A DNA stretch of 64,000 nt from Octopus bimaculoides (Eukaryota), in assembly GCF_001194135.2 (NCBI RefSeq), contig NC_068991.1:35207411-35271410 (forward strand), in the 5' to 3' direction. Made by a program: the position numbers and the translations under genes. Positions 12,191 to 24,747 of the stretch are shown in pieces (position 1 is the first letter of the stretch; every line of letters begins with the position of its first letter). Under the pieces are notes generated by a model. The model did not search any database, was not told the origin of the DNA, and saw only the letters and a program-made list of their open reading frames with translations.

Positions 12191-13297
12191 TAAAAATATA
12201 TATTGTGTTTATTAAATAATATGTATACATATCTGTTATATAAAATAGGCTTGTGTGTGTGTGTATTTGCTTTTCATGTGAAAATGGTGGAGTGAATTGC
12301 TTCCATATATTTCCAAATATTTACTAAATTCACAAATTTAAATAGGCATTCACTCGGATTCAGTCTCAAAGTTGTCCCAGAACTGCCATTATCTTAGTCA
12401 ATTTCAACTGTAAACATTCCTGTTGAAGTGGAAGAGGCAGGCAGATGTGTACATGTGCTTGCTATGTATTTATGTGTGCGGAATGTAGATAACAAAAACA
12501 ATGTCGCATTTTAAACTTGGGAAAAAAGCCTTGCATAGTTGTTCTTATTTGCTTCATTTGTATATATAAAATTCGTAAATTTCCAGGAAGAAAACAAGAT
12601 CAATGTTGAATAAGCCATTAAGAGGAAATATTGTAACATCCATGATACCTCAGATGCTCTATTTTCTACTTATCTATTAGAATTTTGTTGGCAACAATAC
12701 AACACAAATAATACTTTTATGAATTTCATAAAATGCATCAGACAATATTATACTATTTAATTTACCATTTCAAACATGTTTTTTTATGAATTTCATAAAA
12801 TGCGTCGTATAGTTCAACAGATCTTGTTTAAATTTAGCTTAAAATTAATAGAAATCAATGTCATTTATATTTCTTTCTTTCTCATTTTCTTTAATCAATA
12901 GTAAGTGTTAAATTACATTTCTTCCTTTNNNNNNNNNNNNNNNNNNNNNNNNNNNNNNNNNNNNNNNNNNNNNNNNNNNNNNNNNNNNNNNNNNNNNNNN
13001 NNNNNNNNNNNNNNNNNNNNNNNNNNNNNNNNNNNNNNNNNNNNNNNNNNNNNNNNNNNNNNNNNNNNNNNNNNNNNNNNNNNNNNNNNNNNNNNNNNNN
13101 NNNNNNNNNNNNNNNNNNNNNNNNNNNNNNNNNNNNNNNNNNNNNNNNNNNNNNNNNNNNNNNNNNNNNNNNNNNNNNNNNNNNNNNNNNNNNNNNNNNN
13201 NNNNNNNNNNNNNNNNNNNNNNNNNNNNNNNNNNNNNNNNNNNNNNNNNNNNNACACACACACACACATTAGCTTCCTTCACACACATAAATACATA

Positions 13298-13342
<45 letters not shown>

Positions 13343-14105
13343 ACACCTATTAGCTTTCTTTGGTAAGACAATATGTGCTTTCAAATCCTGTTTTCTGATT
13401 GGATAAAAATTTTTCACAGAAGTTAACGAAAATAATGACAACTCTGAGACTGAATACGAGCGAGTGCCTTTAAATATTCGATACAAGATTGTTTTTAACA
13501 AGTTTTTATTTATACAATTTTTTAATTTCAAGTTTAGTTCATTCATTGTTTGCAATGTTCTCTCTCCCCTTCTCTCTCTCTCTCTCACACACACATACAG
13601 TGACTCTCTAATATAAACACACACACACACACACGCTTCAGGTTTGATTTCGTTATTACACAAATATAACATTAGAATTTTGCAATTCAACATGGGGCGT
13701 CCCAAAAAATATGGGCATTCTTTCACTTGAACCCACACACTACATTAATTTCTGTAAAAATTTTTTATTCATTTACTTTTTGCACGCCATGTTCAGCTCT
13801 GTATTTGCTGTCAGTCACACACACACATGTGTGTATTTTGTATGTACGTTTGTATACATCTATGTGTGTGTGCGTGTGTGTGTGTGAGAGAGAGAGAGAG
13901 AGTGTGATGTCTAAGTGGCACTCATTCTCTCTCTCTCTCTCTCTGTCACACACAAAAGATGTATGCTTATTTATTTATGTATGTATGTATACATGTCAAC
14001 ACAAACATTCACTCGCACTCACTCCCCCTCCATCTCTCTCTCTTTCTCTCTCTTTCTCTCTCTCACACACACGTCCATTTCATCTGATGTTTGATACTCT
14101 ATGTA

Positions 14106-14971
14106 CGAGGTCTGATCAATAAATATCTGGACTGTTGCTATAGTAACAAAGCTAAAGCATGCAGAGTGAAGCTGCTTGGCAAACATTAACTTTGAACTCT
14201 GCTGTGCATGCGCACTAAGTTTTAACATTCTAGTTCACTTCCACTGTTTACAGCAGTGCTTGGAAGGAAGGTGTGTAGCGTGTGATCATTGCATTGACCA
14301 TAACAGAGAAAGTTGTCATGATGATACCTGCTCAGAGGCTTATGCAAAGTTGCAGAAAGTGTATGGAGAGGAGTGTATGAGCTGCACACAAGTGTACAAG
14401 TGGGTCAGATGTTTCCAAGACAGCTGAAAAAATGTTGATATTGACGAACGTTCTGGGAGACCTGCAACCAGTAGAACTGAGAAAAACATCACAGATATGT
14501 GTGCAAATGTGTGGGGAAATTGTTGAATCACTGTCCATGAGTTATCAGAGGATGTGCAGATTAGTTGTGGTTCAGTTCAGTCCATTATCATTGAAAATTT
14601 GGGCATGAGACGCATGTGTGCCAAGTTTATGCCAAAACTGCTTTCAGCTGACCAAAAAGACATTCGGGTTTCAGTTGCACAAGATCTCCTTCAAAAAACT
14701 TTTTGAAAACTTTACATAGGCCTCTGAGCAGGTATCGCTAAGCTTTTAGCAAAATTTGATGCAGATTCTCTGCTTAATTTTCTCTGTTATGGTCAATGAT
14801 CACACGCTACACACCTTCCTTCTAAGCACTGCTGTAAACAGTGAAAGTGAGCTAGAACGTTAAAATTTAGTGCTCAGACACAACAGAGTTCAAGGACAAT
14901 GTGTACCAAGTGGCTTCACTCTGCATGCTTCTTTACTATGGCAACAGTCCGGATACTTATTGATCAGACCG
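14106..14971 (+). mobile_element. Fold-back mariner derivative with N-terminal transposase fragment
   Basis: TA then CGAGGTCTGATCAATAAATATCTGGACTG, with inverse CAGTCCGGATACTTATTGATCAGACC ending 14970. Inverted arms are ~250 bp. Internal SEAYAKLQKVYGEECMS...VYKWVRCF...DERSGRP is the mariner HTH region. Confidence 0.85.
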
Positions 14972-15084
14972 TGTGTGTGTGTGTGTGTGTGTGTGAAGCG
15001 TTCCATAATCGCCATTTATTTCAATCATTCTTGTGAAGATATTCATGTAACTCATTTTTTTTATTTAATCTCCATTTTAATTTT

Positions 15085-17547
15085 CAAACAAGTTTTCAAG
15101 AACAATGTTCTCACTCTCACAAGAGGAGTCAGGGTAGATGTAGATGATTGGTATTCTACAGTAAAGCAAAAACAAGTACAGGTAACAAAAGTCAATGTTG
15201 AATTCTACAATTCTGTTAACTCTATTAAGTATGTTTGCAAATATATAAACAAAAGTTTAGATGTTGCAACATGCATGCTTATGCTGAATGGCAATCAGTA
15301 GATAAGTAAAAAGGACGCAGTTGCACAGTGTGACAAAAGAAGACACATCAGTACCAATGAGGCTTTTTGGCACAGTTTCAATTTTCTCATTCATGAGAGG
15401 CACCCAGCCATCATTCATATGAATGTCCATCTAGGGAATGGCCACAGGGTTATCTTTACAAAACAAACAGCCTTGCAACAAGCACTTTCTCCAAAAGAAA
15501 CTACCCTTACTGCCTTTTTGAAGTTGTGCAAGTAGATGAAGATGCAAGAAAACTCTACCCACAATTACCCAAGTATTACACCTGGAGAAACAATAAATGG
15601 CACAAGAAGAAACACGGAGCTGATGCTCTTGCAAGAGTTTACAGTGTCCACCCAAGCCAAGCAGAATGCTACTACTTACAGCTCCTTTTGCATGAAGTAC
15701 GTGGTCCCAAGATTCGAGGAGGGTAAATGGTCATGTGAGTGAAACTCATAGGGAAGCATGTTATCAACAAGGTTTTTTAGAAAATGATGAGCATTGGGAC
15801 CTTGCACTGACTGAAGCATCAGTATCAGATTCTCCAAGGAAACTCCGTAACATTTTTGCAATTATATTGAACATGTGTCAACTTGGCAGTCCCCTACAGC
15901 TTTTGATGAAACATCATGAAGACATGGCTGAGGACTTAAAGTATGCAATTCAACAGGCAAACCCAGATATCAATATTCGGTTCTCTGAAATAATTTTTAA
16001 ACAAACACTGATTGAAACTAAGGATCAAGTTTTGGCCATGGGAGGCAAAAATTTGCAAGTGTCTGGCTCTGGACTGTCAAAAAAAAAACTGTCGAATTAA
16101 CAAGAGAGACAAATTATGACATCACAGAGTTGGTTGCATTTGTGAATGAACATGAACCTAAACTTCTAGAACAACGCTGTGCATATGATAAAATTATTTT
16201 GTCAGCCAGAGAAAAAAAGTGGGGGAATTTTCTTTCTTGATACTCCTGGTGTCATTTGCAACAAAATTGCTTCTCTCCATGGTAAGGCAACAAAAAAGAA
16301 TTGCAGTTGCTGCAGCATCATCCTGGCTTTGCTGCCATCCTTTTCCCAGGAGGATAAACAGTTTATTTTGCTTTTAAATTACCACTAAACCTGATCACAA
16401 ATGACACTCCAATTTGTAACAAAAGCAAAGGTTCAGGTTCAGCAGAAGTGTTATGCCAATGTCACCTGATCATTTAGGATGAATGCACCATGTCACATAG
16501 AAGTGCAATGGAATCTTTTGATAAGACCTTACAGGACATAAGAGGCAACAATAAATCTATGGGAGGAGTCACGTTAGTTTTATCAGGAGACTTCAGATAG
16601 ACATTACCAGTCATTCTGAGACAAACAAGATCTGATGAAATAAAAGCATGCATTAAGTCTTCACACCTATGAAATAAAGTACAGAAATTCTCCTTCAATA
16701 CTAATGTGCAAGCTTTATTACATGGTAACCAATGTGCAGAAGAGTTCTCAACCTGGCTCCTCCAATTAGGAAATGGAAAGTACCATTTGATGGGAATGGT
16801 GATATCAATTTGGCTCATATTGCTATCATTCACCAATTTCCCAGCTGGAATGAAGAACAGGGTATTTCCAGACTTAAGCAATAATTATAAGTCACATAAA
16901 TAGTTGTGTGAAAGGACAATTCTTGCTCCAGAAAATGAGACAGTAGCAAGGATTAACTATGAATTAATGAATAAGCTTCCAACAGTCATTAAGGAGTACA
17001 AATCAGTTGATTCAGTCCTTGATGAAAATCAAGCTGTCCATTACCCAACAGAGTTCCTTAAATCTCTTAAGCCACCTGGAATCCTCCACATAAACTTTTT
17101 CTGAAGGTAGGAGTTCCAATAATGCTAAGAAATTTAGATCCTCCTAAATTGGGCCTCATTTGGCCTTGTTAATAGTAGATACCTAAATTATGCAATGAGA
17201 TAAGGTTAATTGTGAAAACATTATCACCTAATATGATAGAAGCTACCATCATCACTGGATGTGCCTCTGTGGAAGAGGTTTGCATTCCAAGAATTCCAAT
17301 CAAATCAACAGACAGGCCATTTGAGTTCAAACGAACACAATTCCCTGAGCGACTTTGCTTCACAATGTCTATTAATAAAGCTCAAGGTCAGACTTTGAAA
17401 TCGACTGGTTTGCACTTAATTGAGCCTTGCTTTTCTCATGGTCAACTTTATGTTGGTTGCTCCAGGGCTGGTAGTTTGCAAGACTTATTTGTTGTTGCTC
17501 CAAACCAGAAAACAAAGAATGTTGTTTACCCAGAAGCACTTAAGTAA
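15085..17547 (+). pseudogene. Disrupted Helitron RepHel (C-terminal Rep and PIF1 helicase)
   Basis: NVEFYNSVNSIKYVCKYINK (Rep motif 3), DECTMSHRSAMESFDKTLQDIRGNNKSMGGVTLVLSGDFR, QFPERLCFTMSINKAQGQTL...CFSHGQLYVGCSR, and TKNVVYPEALK*. Many stops and frameshifts. Confidence 0.92.
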
Positions 17548-18077
17548 ATTAACTTCAAAATATGTGATAGAATTTATCTCTTTTCCTAAAAGTGCTAAAT
17601 TTTGTATTTTCGTTCATTATTATTATTGTTATTATTATTTTGTATGATGAATTCAGAATTGATTTTCCAATTGAAGAATAAATTGAATTTAGAATAACAA
17701 ATNNNNNNNNNNNNNNNNNNNNNNNNNNNNNNNNNNNNNNNNNNNNNNNNNNNNNNNNNNNNNNNNNNNNNNNNNNNNNNNNNNNNNNNNNNNNNNNNNN
17801 NNNNNNNNNNNNNNNNNNNNNNNNNNNNNNNNNNNNNNNNNNNNNNNNNNNNNNNNNNNNNNNNNNNNNNNNNNNNNNNNNNNNNNNNNNNNNNNNNNNN
17901 NNNNNNNNNNNNNNNNNNNNNNNNNNNNNNNNNNNNNNNNNNNNNNNNNNNNNNNNNNNNNNNNNNNNNNNNNNNNNNNNNNNNNNNNNNNNNNNNNNNN
18001 NNNNNNNNNNNNNNNNNNNNNNNNNNNNNNNNNNNNNNNNNNNNNNNNNNNNNNNNNNNNNNNNNNGTGTGTGTGTA

Positions 18078-18109
<32 letters not shown>

Positions 18110-18122
18110 CATATATGTGAGT

Positions 18123-18400
18123 GTGAACCAGATGGCTACACCAGGCTCCAATCTGATTTGGCAGAGTTTCTACACCTGGATGCCCTTCCTAACACCAACC
18201 ACTCCAAGAGTGTAGTGGGCGTAAAAGCACCCACTACACTCTCACAGTGGTTGGCATTAGGAAAGGCATCCAGCTGTAGAAACTCTGCCAAATCAGATTG
18301 GAGCCTGGTGTAGCCATCTGGTTCGCTAGTCCTCAGTCAAATCGTCCAACCCATGCTAGCATGGAAAGCAGACGTTAAACGATGATGATGATGATGATAT
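18123..18400 (+). repeat. RTE 3'-tail copy with fold-back (~95-bp arm hairpin)
   Basis: gaaccagatggctacaccaggctcc...gagtgtagtggg followed by cacccactacactc...ggagcctggtgtagccatctggttc, then normal tail and (GAT)n. Confidence 0.85.
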
Positions 18401-20920
18401 ATATATATAGTTGAAATTTACAGAAAAACAAAAGCAGGTGTATTAGTTTGACATTTAGGAAAGTGAGAAAGTCTTTTACGTTTTGAGCCTACACTCTTCA
18501 ACAGAAAGGAACATGTGGAAATAGAAACAGAATAAAAAACTTGTGGACTTAGTAATCAATCATGGTTGGAAAAAGTTAGTTAGACAGAAGAGCTAGGAAG
18601 AAGGGGGTATAATAAAGTACTGGTGATCCCCAAACAAAGGTGCACGTGCATGTGTGTATGTGAGAGTGTGTAAGTGTGCACTTGTGGATAGGGGCTAGTG
18701 ACTGATGTGAAGACGTGTGCGTGTGTAAGCGTTGCGTCTGTAATGTGTGGGTGTATGGATGATGGTGTGTGGTGTGGGTGCTGGGAANNNNNNNNNNGGG
18801 TGGGTAGAGGAATGGGGGTGGGGGCACGTGGGAGTGGGATGTATGGGGTGGGGTAGATGGAGGATATCAATGAAGAGAGAAGGTGAGTAGGAGTGAAGAG
18901 AGGAAGTAGGTGTCAGATGAAGAGAGGAGAGGAGGGGAGTTGAGCCCATGTGGTGCAAAAGAGCGAAGAGAGAAGATTAATTCCTGTTCATGGTGAAGGC
19001 GGGAGTCTGGACGGCCCCTGTGCAAAGACAATCCGAACACAGACAGGTGTTGTAATGAATGACTGATAGAGTGGAAATGGCTTGACACTGGGGTGTCATT
19101 GCTGAGTCTAATGTCTCGGAGGTGCTCCTCAAACCGGTCAGCCAAGCAGTGACCCGTTTAACCGATGTACAGAGAAAGGCAGAAAGAGCAGGAGATGCAG
19201 TAAATGATGTTGCTAGAAATGCAGGTAAAGGAGTCAGTAATATGATAGGGATGATGATGGGTGCCTGTGAGAATGGTGGTGTTGGAGAGGTAGGGGCAAG
19301 TGCAGCAGTGTGGGAGGGAGCAGGAGAATGAGCCAGGTTGGAAGGTGGGGTTAAGGAAGAAACTGTGGACCAGGAGGTCACGTAGATTGTGGGCTCATTT
19401 GAAGAAGGGAAGGGGTAGGTTGGGCAAGACGTGCGAAGTGGAGAGGTCAGACTGGAGTTGCCAGAAGGCTCAGAGAATGGTGCGTTAGAGGGTTGGTAGG
19501 TGAGGGGAAATGGGAGATATACAATGGCAGGGTGGGTGCAGGGAGAGAGAGCAGAGACATGGTCCATGGAACATACTCTGTGGATAGTGGTGAGGGAACA
19601 TCCTCGAAGGATGATGTGGCAAGCCATGAGTTGAGACTGAGTCTCAAAGTCATGGTTGTCACTGCAGAGCTTGCGCAGATGTAGGAGTTGGGAGTAGGGG
19701 ATGGAGAGCTTGATGTGGGTAGGTTGGGAGGAGAAGAAGTTGAGGTATGAGTGTGAGTCGGTGTGTTTGTAGTGGATGGAGGTAATGAGAGCGGAGTTGT
19801 GTATGTTGATCAAAATGTCGAATAAGGCAATGGAAGTGTTGGAAATAGTGCAGAATTCGAGGGCAGGATTGAAGGATTGGACAAAAGAGAGGAAGGAGTC
19901 TAGTTGTTCGTGGGAGAGTGAGGTCACACCAATACAGTCATCAATATAATGACTGTATAGTTTGGGAGTAGGACCAGTGAATCTTGAAAATATTTGGGCC
20001 TCAATGTAGCCAACGAACAGCTCCACATAGTTGGGGCCCGTTCTTGTTCCCATGGTCACTTCTGAGATCTGTTGGTAAAACTCCTGTGAACGAGAAGCAG
20101 TTAAAGGAGTGAACAAGTTTGACCAGACAAAGAAGTGTGGACATGTCAGGTTGGGATCAAAGGTCTAGGAAGTGTTTGAGGGCAAGAAGTCCTTTGTTGT
20201 GTGGGATCACCATATATAGACTCTTGATATCAAGAGTGAAGAAAAGTTTAGAGAGGCCAGGAGGGAAGGAGAAAGAGTTGAAAAGACGGAGAGCATGGTT
20301 AGTGTTATGGATGTGGAAGTGGAGGGAAGCCACTAGGGGGGCAAGGACACGGTAGAGGTATTTTGAGATCAGTTCGATGGGGCAGTTACAGATGGAGACG
20401 ATGAGGTGGCTAGGATTGTTGGGCTTGTGGATTTGGGGAGGGAAGTAAATGGTGGGGGTAGACTAGAGTGCGGACAATGAGGTTGGAGGTGGTGGGAAGG
20501 AGATGGGAGGAGGCGATGAGGTCATGGATAGCGGAGGACACAGTCTGTTGGTAGCTAGGCATGGGGTTGGAGGGCAGGGGGCAATAGAAGGAGGTGTTTT
20601 GAAATTGGCAGAGAGCTTAAAGAAGTCTGCACGCCACACCACCATGGCTCCACCCTTGTCGACTGGTTTTATGATAATGTCTTTGCGGTGTCGGAGACAT
20701 CGAAGGGCCAAGAGTTTTGCTGGGGAGATGTTCAGATGTTGGGGACGCCTGCGAAAGTTAAACTGGTCCACAATACATTGGCAGATGCCTGCAAAATGAT
20801 TGACTGCTTGAAACTGGCCAGGAGCTGGCGTCCAGTGGCCCAGGTCAGTGAAGCAGTCCTCTTCGTTAGATGCCAGTAGAGTGTTGTGGAATAGTGCATA
20901 TAACCTGACACGGTGCACAA
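18400..20920 (-). mobile_element. Degenerate Penelope-like element (Neptune-like)
   Basis: IIIKPVDKGGAMVVW (ADKG motif), MGTRTGPNYVELFVGYIE, YIDDCIG, Cys linker CSLPHCCTCP, GIY-YIG ADRFEEHLRDIR...PVSSHF...EQELIFSLRSFAPHGLN, and terminal HHR remnant. Confidence 0.92.
18473..18508 (-). ncRNA. Degenerate minimal type I hammerhead ribozyme
   Basis: CTTT-CTGTTGA-A-GAG tgtagg CTC-AAAA-CGT-A-AAAG. Helix I, helix II and the ACGT palindrome are intact. Core substitutions A6U and G12A. Confidence 0.7.
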
Positions 20921-21329
20921 AGCTATGAATATTGTTACTGGATGGAGTGAGGGTAGATGAAGTGCAGACCCGTAATGGAAGGGTTGAGGTGAGGATGAGG
21001 AAGAAGTGTGTCAGGGAGAGAGAGGGAGAAGAGCAGTTAAAAAACTTATCTCGATGCGTGTTGAATGATCAATGTTCTTCTTGATACAAAATGATGTAAG
21101 GCAGGCAAGATGAATTAAGTCTATCTTAAGGTTAGTGTAGTTAATACAAGACTAGTTTCGATTAATGGTTACAATATTACCTGGAAACAAATTTTTAAAA
21201 ATGGAGCAGTGGGTGTAAAAAAAAATGTGTAGGAAACGAATATGAAAGCAAAAATGCGCACAAAGCAACAGGGTGGGGGTAGGGAGAGGACTTCAGAAAA
21301 TTCCCAAGATCCCAGATTTTCACCCATAA

Positions 21330-22210
21330 CTTTGAGGAAAATTAATATCTTTCAATGAAATTTTATATCAATACCTTTCAAATGGCATATATTACAGTTA
21401 TAAAGAAATTTGTGGGGAAAATTTTTTCCGAAGGGGTGGGAAGAGGACTTTAGAAAAATTCACAATATCCGATGTTTTTCCCTCATAACTGTTAGAGAAA
21501 GGGTTTTTTTTAAAAACAAATTGTATATAAATACCTTTCAAACGACATGCCTTACAGATGCCTAATGTACCACAAAAGTGCACCTTTACCATAACTAGGA
21601 GTCCCCCCAAATTTTTTTTTAAATGCATTTTTGAAGGTGAGGTGTGAAACTACATTTGACCCCTTTCTTTACTCATATTTTAAGATAACATTTTACTGAA
21701 GTTATAAAAATTAGTGGTGATGAAGTCTGGACAGGAGAGAGAAAGAATGATACAAAATCCTTATAAAAACAAACCATGTTAGTGTTTGTGTGTGTGAAAC
21801 AAGTAAAAGTATAATATTTAAGACAAGATATCTTTTAGATACCTCTTAAAAATCACTGGATATATTAATCCCAGAATGCAGATTGTGGCATATTAATTAG
21901 GTCACTAATTCATTCATCGAAAAAAAGAAAAACATTTTCCAATAATTCTGGTTTCCTCCTCCCTTTTTTTCCCAAGCAAAAATAAGAGGTTTGCGGCACA
22001 TTAGGCATCTGTAATGCATGCTGTTTGAAAGGTATTTATATACAATTTCATTAAAAGATATCCATTTTTCTTAAAGTTACGGGGGAAAAAATCAGATCTT
22101 GTGAATTTTCCAAAAGTCCTCTCCCCATCCTAAGATTTTCCCCACAAATTTCTTTATAACAGTAATGTATGCTGTTTGAAAGGTATTTATATAAAATTTC
22201 ATTTAAAAAA
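21330..22210. repeat. Long imperfect inverted repeat (~250-bp arms), flanked by a ~110-bp direct repeat (21062-21170 / 22973-23095)
   Basis: aatacctttcaaa...atgccttacagatgcctaatgtacc versus gcacattaggcatctgtaatgcatgctgtttgaaaggtatt. Confidence 0.7.
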
Positions 22211-23222
22211 AAAAAACATTTCCTTAACANNNNNNNNNNNNNNNNNNNNNNNNNNNNNNNNNNNNNNNNNNNNNNNNNNNNNNNNNNNNNNNNNNNNNNN
22301 NNNNNNNNNNNNNNNNNNNNNNNNNNNNNNNNNNNNNNNNNNNNNNNNNNNNNNNNNNNNNNNNNNNNNNNNNNNNNNNNNNNNNNNNNNNNNNNNNNNN
22401 NNNNNNNNNNNNNNNNNNNNNNNNNNNNNNNNNNNNNNNNNNNNNNNNNNNNNNNNNNNNNNNNNNNNNNNNNNNNNNNNNNNNNNNNNNNNNNNNNNNN
22501 NNNNNNNNNNNNNNNNNNNNNNNNNNNNNNNNNNNNNNNNNNNNNNNNNNNNNNNNNNNNNNNNNNNNNNNNNNNNNNNNNNNNNNNNNNNNNNNNNNNN
22601 NNNNNNNNNNNNNNNNNNNNNNNNNNNNNNNNNNNNNNNNNNNNNNNNNNNNNNNNNNNNNNNNNNNNNNNNNNNNNNNNNNNNNNNNNNNNNNNNNNNN
22701 NNNNNNNNNNNNNNNNNNNNNNNNNNNNNNNNNNNNNNNNNNNNNNNNNNNNNNNNNNNNNNNNNNNNNNNNNNNNNNNNNNNNNNNNNNNNNNNNNNNN
22801 NNNNNNNNNNNNNNNNNNNNNNNNNNNNNNNNNNNNNNNNNNNNNNNNNNNNNNNNNNNNNNNNNNNNNNNNNNNNNNNNNNNNNNNNNNNNNNNNNNNN
22901 NNNNNNNNNNNNNNNNNNNNNNNNNNNNNNNNNNNNNNNNNNNNNNNNNNNNNNNNNNNNNNNNNNNNNNNNGAATGATCAATGTTTAAACAAAACATCA
23001 TCAATTCTCCTTGATACAAAATGATGTAAGGTAGGCGAGATGAATTAAGTCTATTTTAAGGTTAGCATGGTTAATACAAGACTAGTTTCATGTTTAATGT
23101 ACAAACTAAGTAAATAAATTTTTTTTAAATTAATTTAATTTAGATTTAGTACATACTACAATCTTCAGCTGTATACTCCATATTTTGTGAAAAAAAATGT
23201 ATGAGTATATATAAATATCATC

Positions 23223-23955
23223 ATCATTTATCATCATCATCATTTAACGCCTGCTTTCTATGCTAGCATGGGTTGGACGATTTGACTGAGGATTGGTGAA
23301 CCAGATGGCTACACCAGACTCCAATCTGATCTGGCAGAATTTCTACAGCTGGATGCCCTTCCTAACGCCAACCACTCCGAGAGTGTAGTGGATGCTTTTT
23401 ATGTGCCACCGGCACAAGGGCCAGTCCGGTGGTACTGGCAACAGCCATGCTCAAATGGTGTTTTTACATGCCACCTGCGCAGGAGTCAGTCCAATGTTTT
23501 GTTCACATGCCACTGGCACAAGTGCCAGTAAGGCGAAGCTGGTAACGATTGCGCTCAAATGGTGCTTTTTACGTGCCACCGGCAGGGAAGCGAGACTGCT
23601 GCTCTGGCAGTGATCCTGCTACCACTCCACTGGCATGGGTGCCAGTCATCGAATTTGGTTCAGTTTCAATCTCACTTTCCCCAACAGGTCTTTGCAAGCT
23701 GAGTTTAGTGTCCAATGAAGGAAGGTTGGCATGGGTGCCAGTCGTCGAGTTTGGTTCAATTTCGATTTTGATTTCACTTGCCTCAGCAGGTCTTTGCAAG
23801 CAGGGTTTTGTGTCCAAAGAAGGAAAGGTATGCATAAGTGGGCTGGCTACACCCCTGGTAAAGGCCATGGATTATGGTCTCACTTGTCTTGCCAGGTCTT
23901 TCACGCACAGCATATTTCCAAAGGTCTCGGTCAGAACTCATTGCCTCGGTGAGGC

Positions 23956-23960
<5 letters not shown>
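23223..23960 (-). mobile_element. RTE-type LINE 3' UTR and tail
   Basis: Reverse complement matches 36700-37345, including the ~100-bp internal tandem unit and the (GAT)n tail. Confidence 0.85.
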
Positions 23961-23987
<27 letters not shown>

Positions 23988-23996
23988 TTTTTTTTT

Positions 23997-24221
23997 TTTC
24001 CTGGTGAAGACTGGTTTTTGGGGTTACCTTGGGGTTCCCATCCATAAAGGGTCTAACTTTATGGCATATCATCAGATCTCAAGACCTGTTGGCCTATGAC
24101 CTCTTTGAAATATGGAGGTCATAGGCCAACAGGTTTTGGGATCTGATGATACACCATAAACTTAAATTCTTTATGGATGGGAAACCAAGGTTAGCCCCAT
24201 AAACCGGCCTTCACCAAGAAA
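23997..24221. repeat. Palindrome (~107-bp arms, 11-nt loop) with two degenerate hammerhead-like motifs
   Basis: Arms 23997-24103 and 24115-24221. Right arm: GGTTTTGGGAT-CTGATGA-...CCATAAA/TTTATGG...-GAAACCAAGGTT. Confidence 0.7.
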
Positions 24222-24747
24222 AATATAGACTGCTCTACTTCTTAGAGTGCGCTTCTCCAGATTTATGTTTTTCTAAAAACGATATGTGTGTGTGTGTCTG
24301 TGTGAGTGAGTATATGTATATATATATATGAGAAACAAACAGAGAATTTGAAGAATGGCTATTGTAAGAGGAAAGTGGGGGAAGATTGGGATGTTTAAGT
24401 AGAAAAGGTAAAGGCAGGTTACAATGGGGTGGTACTTAGTAGAAGTAGCAGTAGTAGTATGAATTGTAGTTTTAATAGTAGTTGTAGTAGTAGGAGTATT
24501 GTATTGCCAAATCTGGGTTATATTAAAAACCGAAAATTACTCTAAGACTCACCCATGTCCATGAATACACATTCTTGAATTGCTCTGTTTGTTATTTCGA
24601 GCAATGGCTCTGATTAATTACCTCAAATGATCAATAGACCAATTGAGTAAACCTGTCTGTAATAATTACTGGAAACAGCTGCAAGCCAAATTTGCTATAA
24701 TAAAGCAATTATATGTAATGACCATTATTTTAACTTGTCTTTTATAG

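Larger units (their letters stand above)
12232..17700 (+). mobile_element. Probable Helitron (5' TC end, microsatellite-rich 5' region, deleted Rep/helicase); 3' end in gap
   Basis: A^TCTGTTATATAAAATAGG at 12231-12250 resembles the other Helitron 5' ends in the window. (CA)/(GA) modules are shared with the elements at 25448 and 55885. Continuity across the gap at 12929-13253 is inferred. Confidence 0.45.

Noticed and set aside
12891-13366. Long ORFs of X residues (also at 17.6-18.1, 22-23, 34.7-35.7, 43, 50, 55.4-58, 60.5 and 62.8-63.3 kb)
   Set aside because: Artefacts of N gaps that contain no stop codons
21140-21165. GAAACTAGTC half-hammerhead on minus strand (also ~23080)
   Set aside because: No CUGANGA core or helix II upstream in either copy
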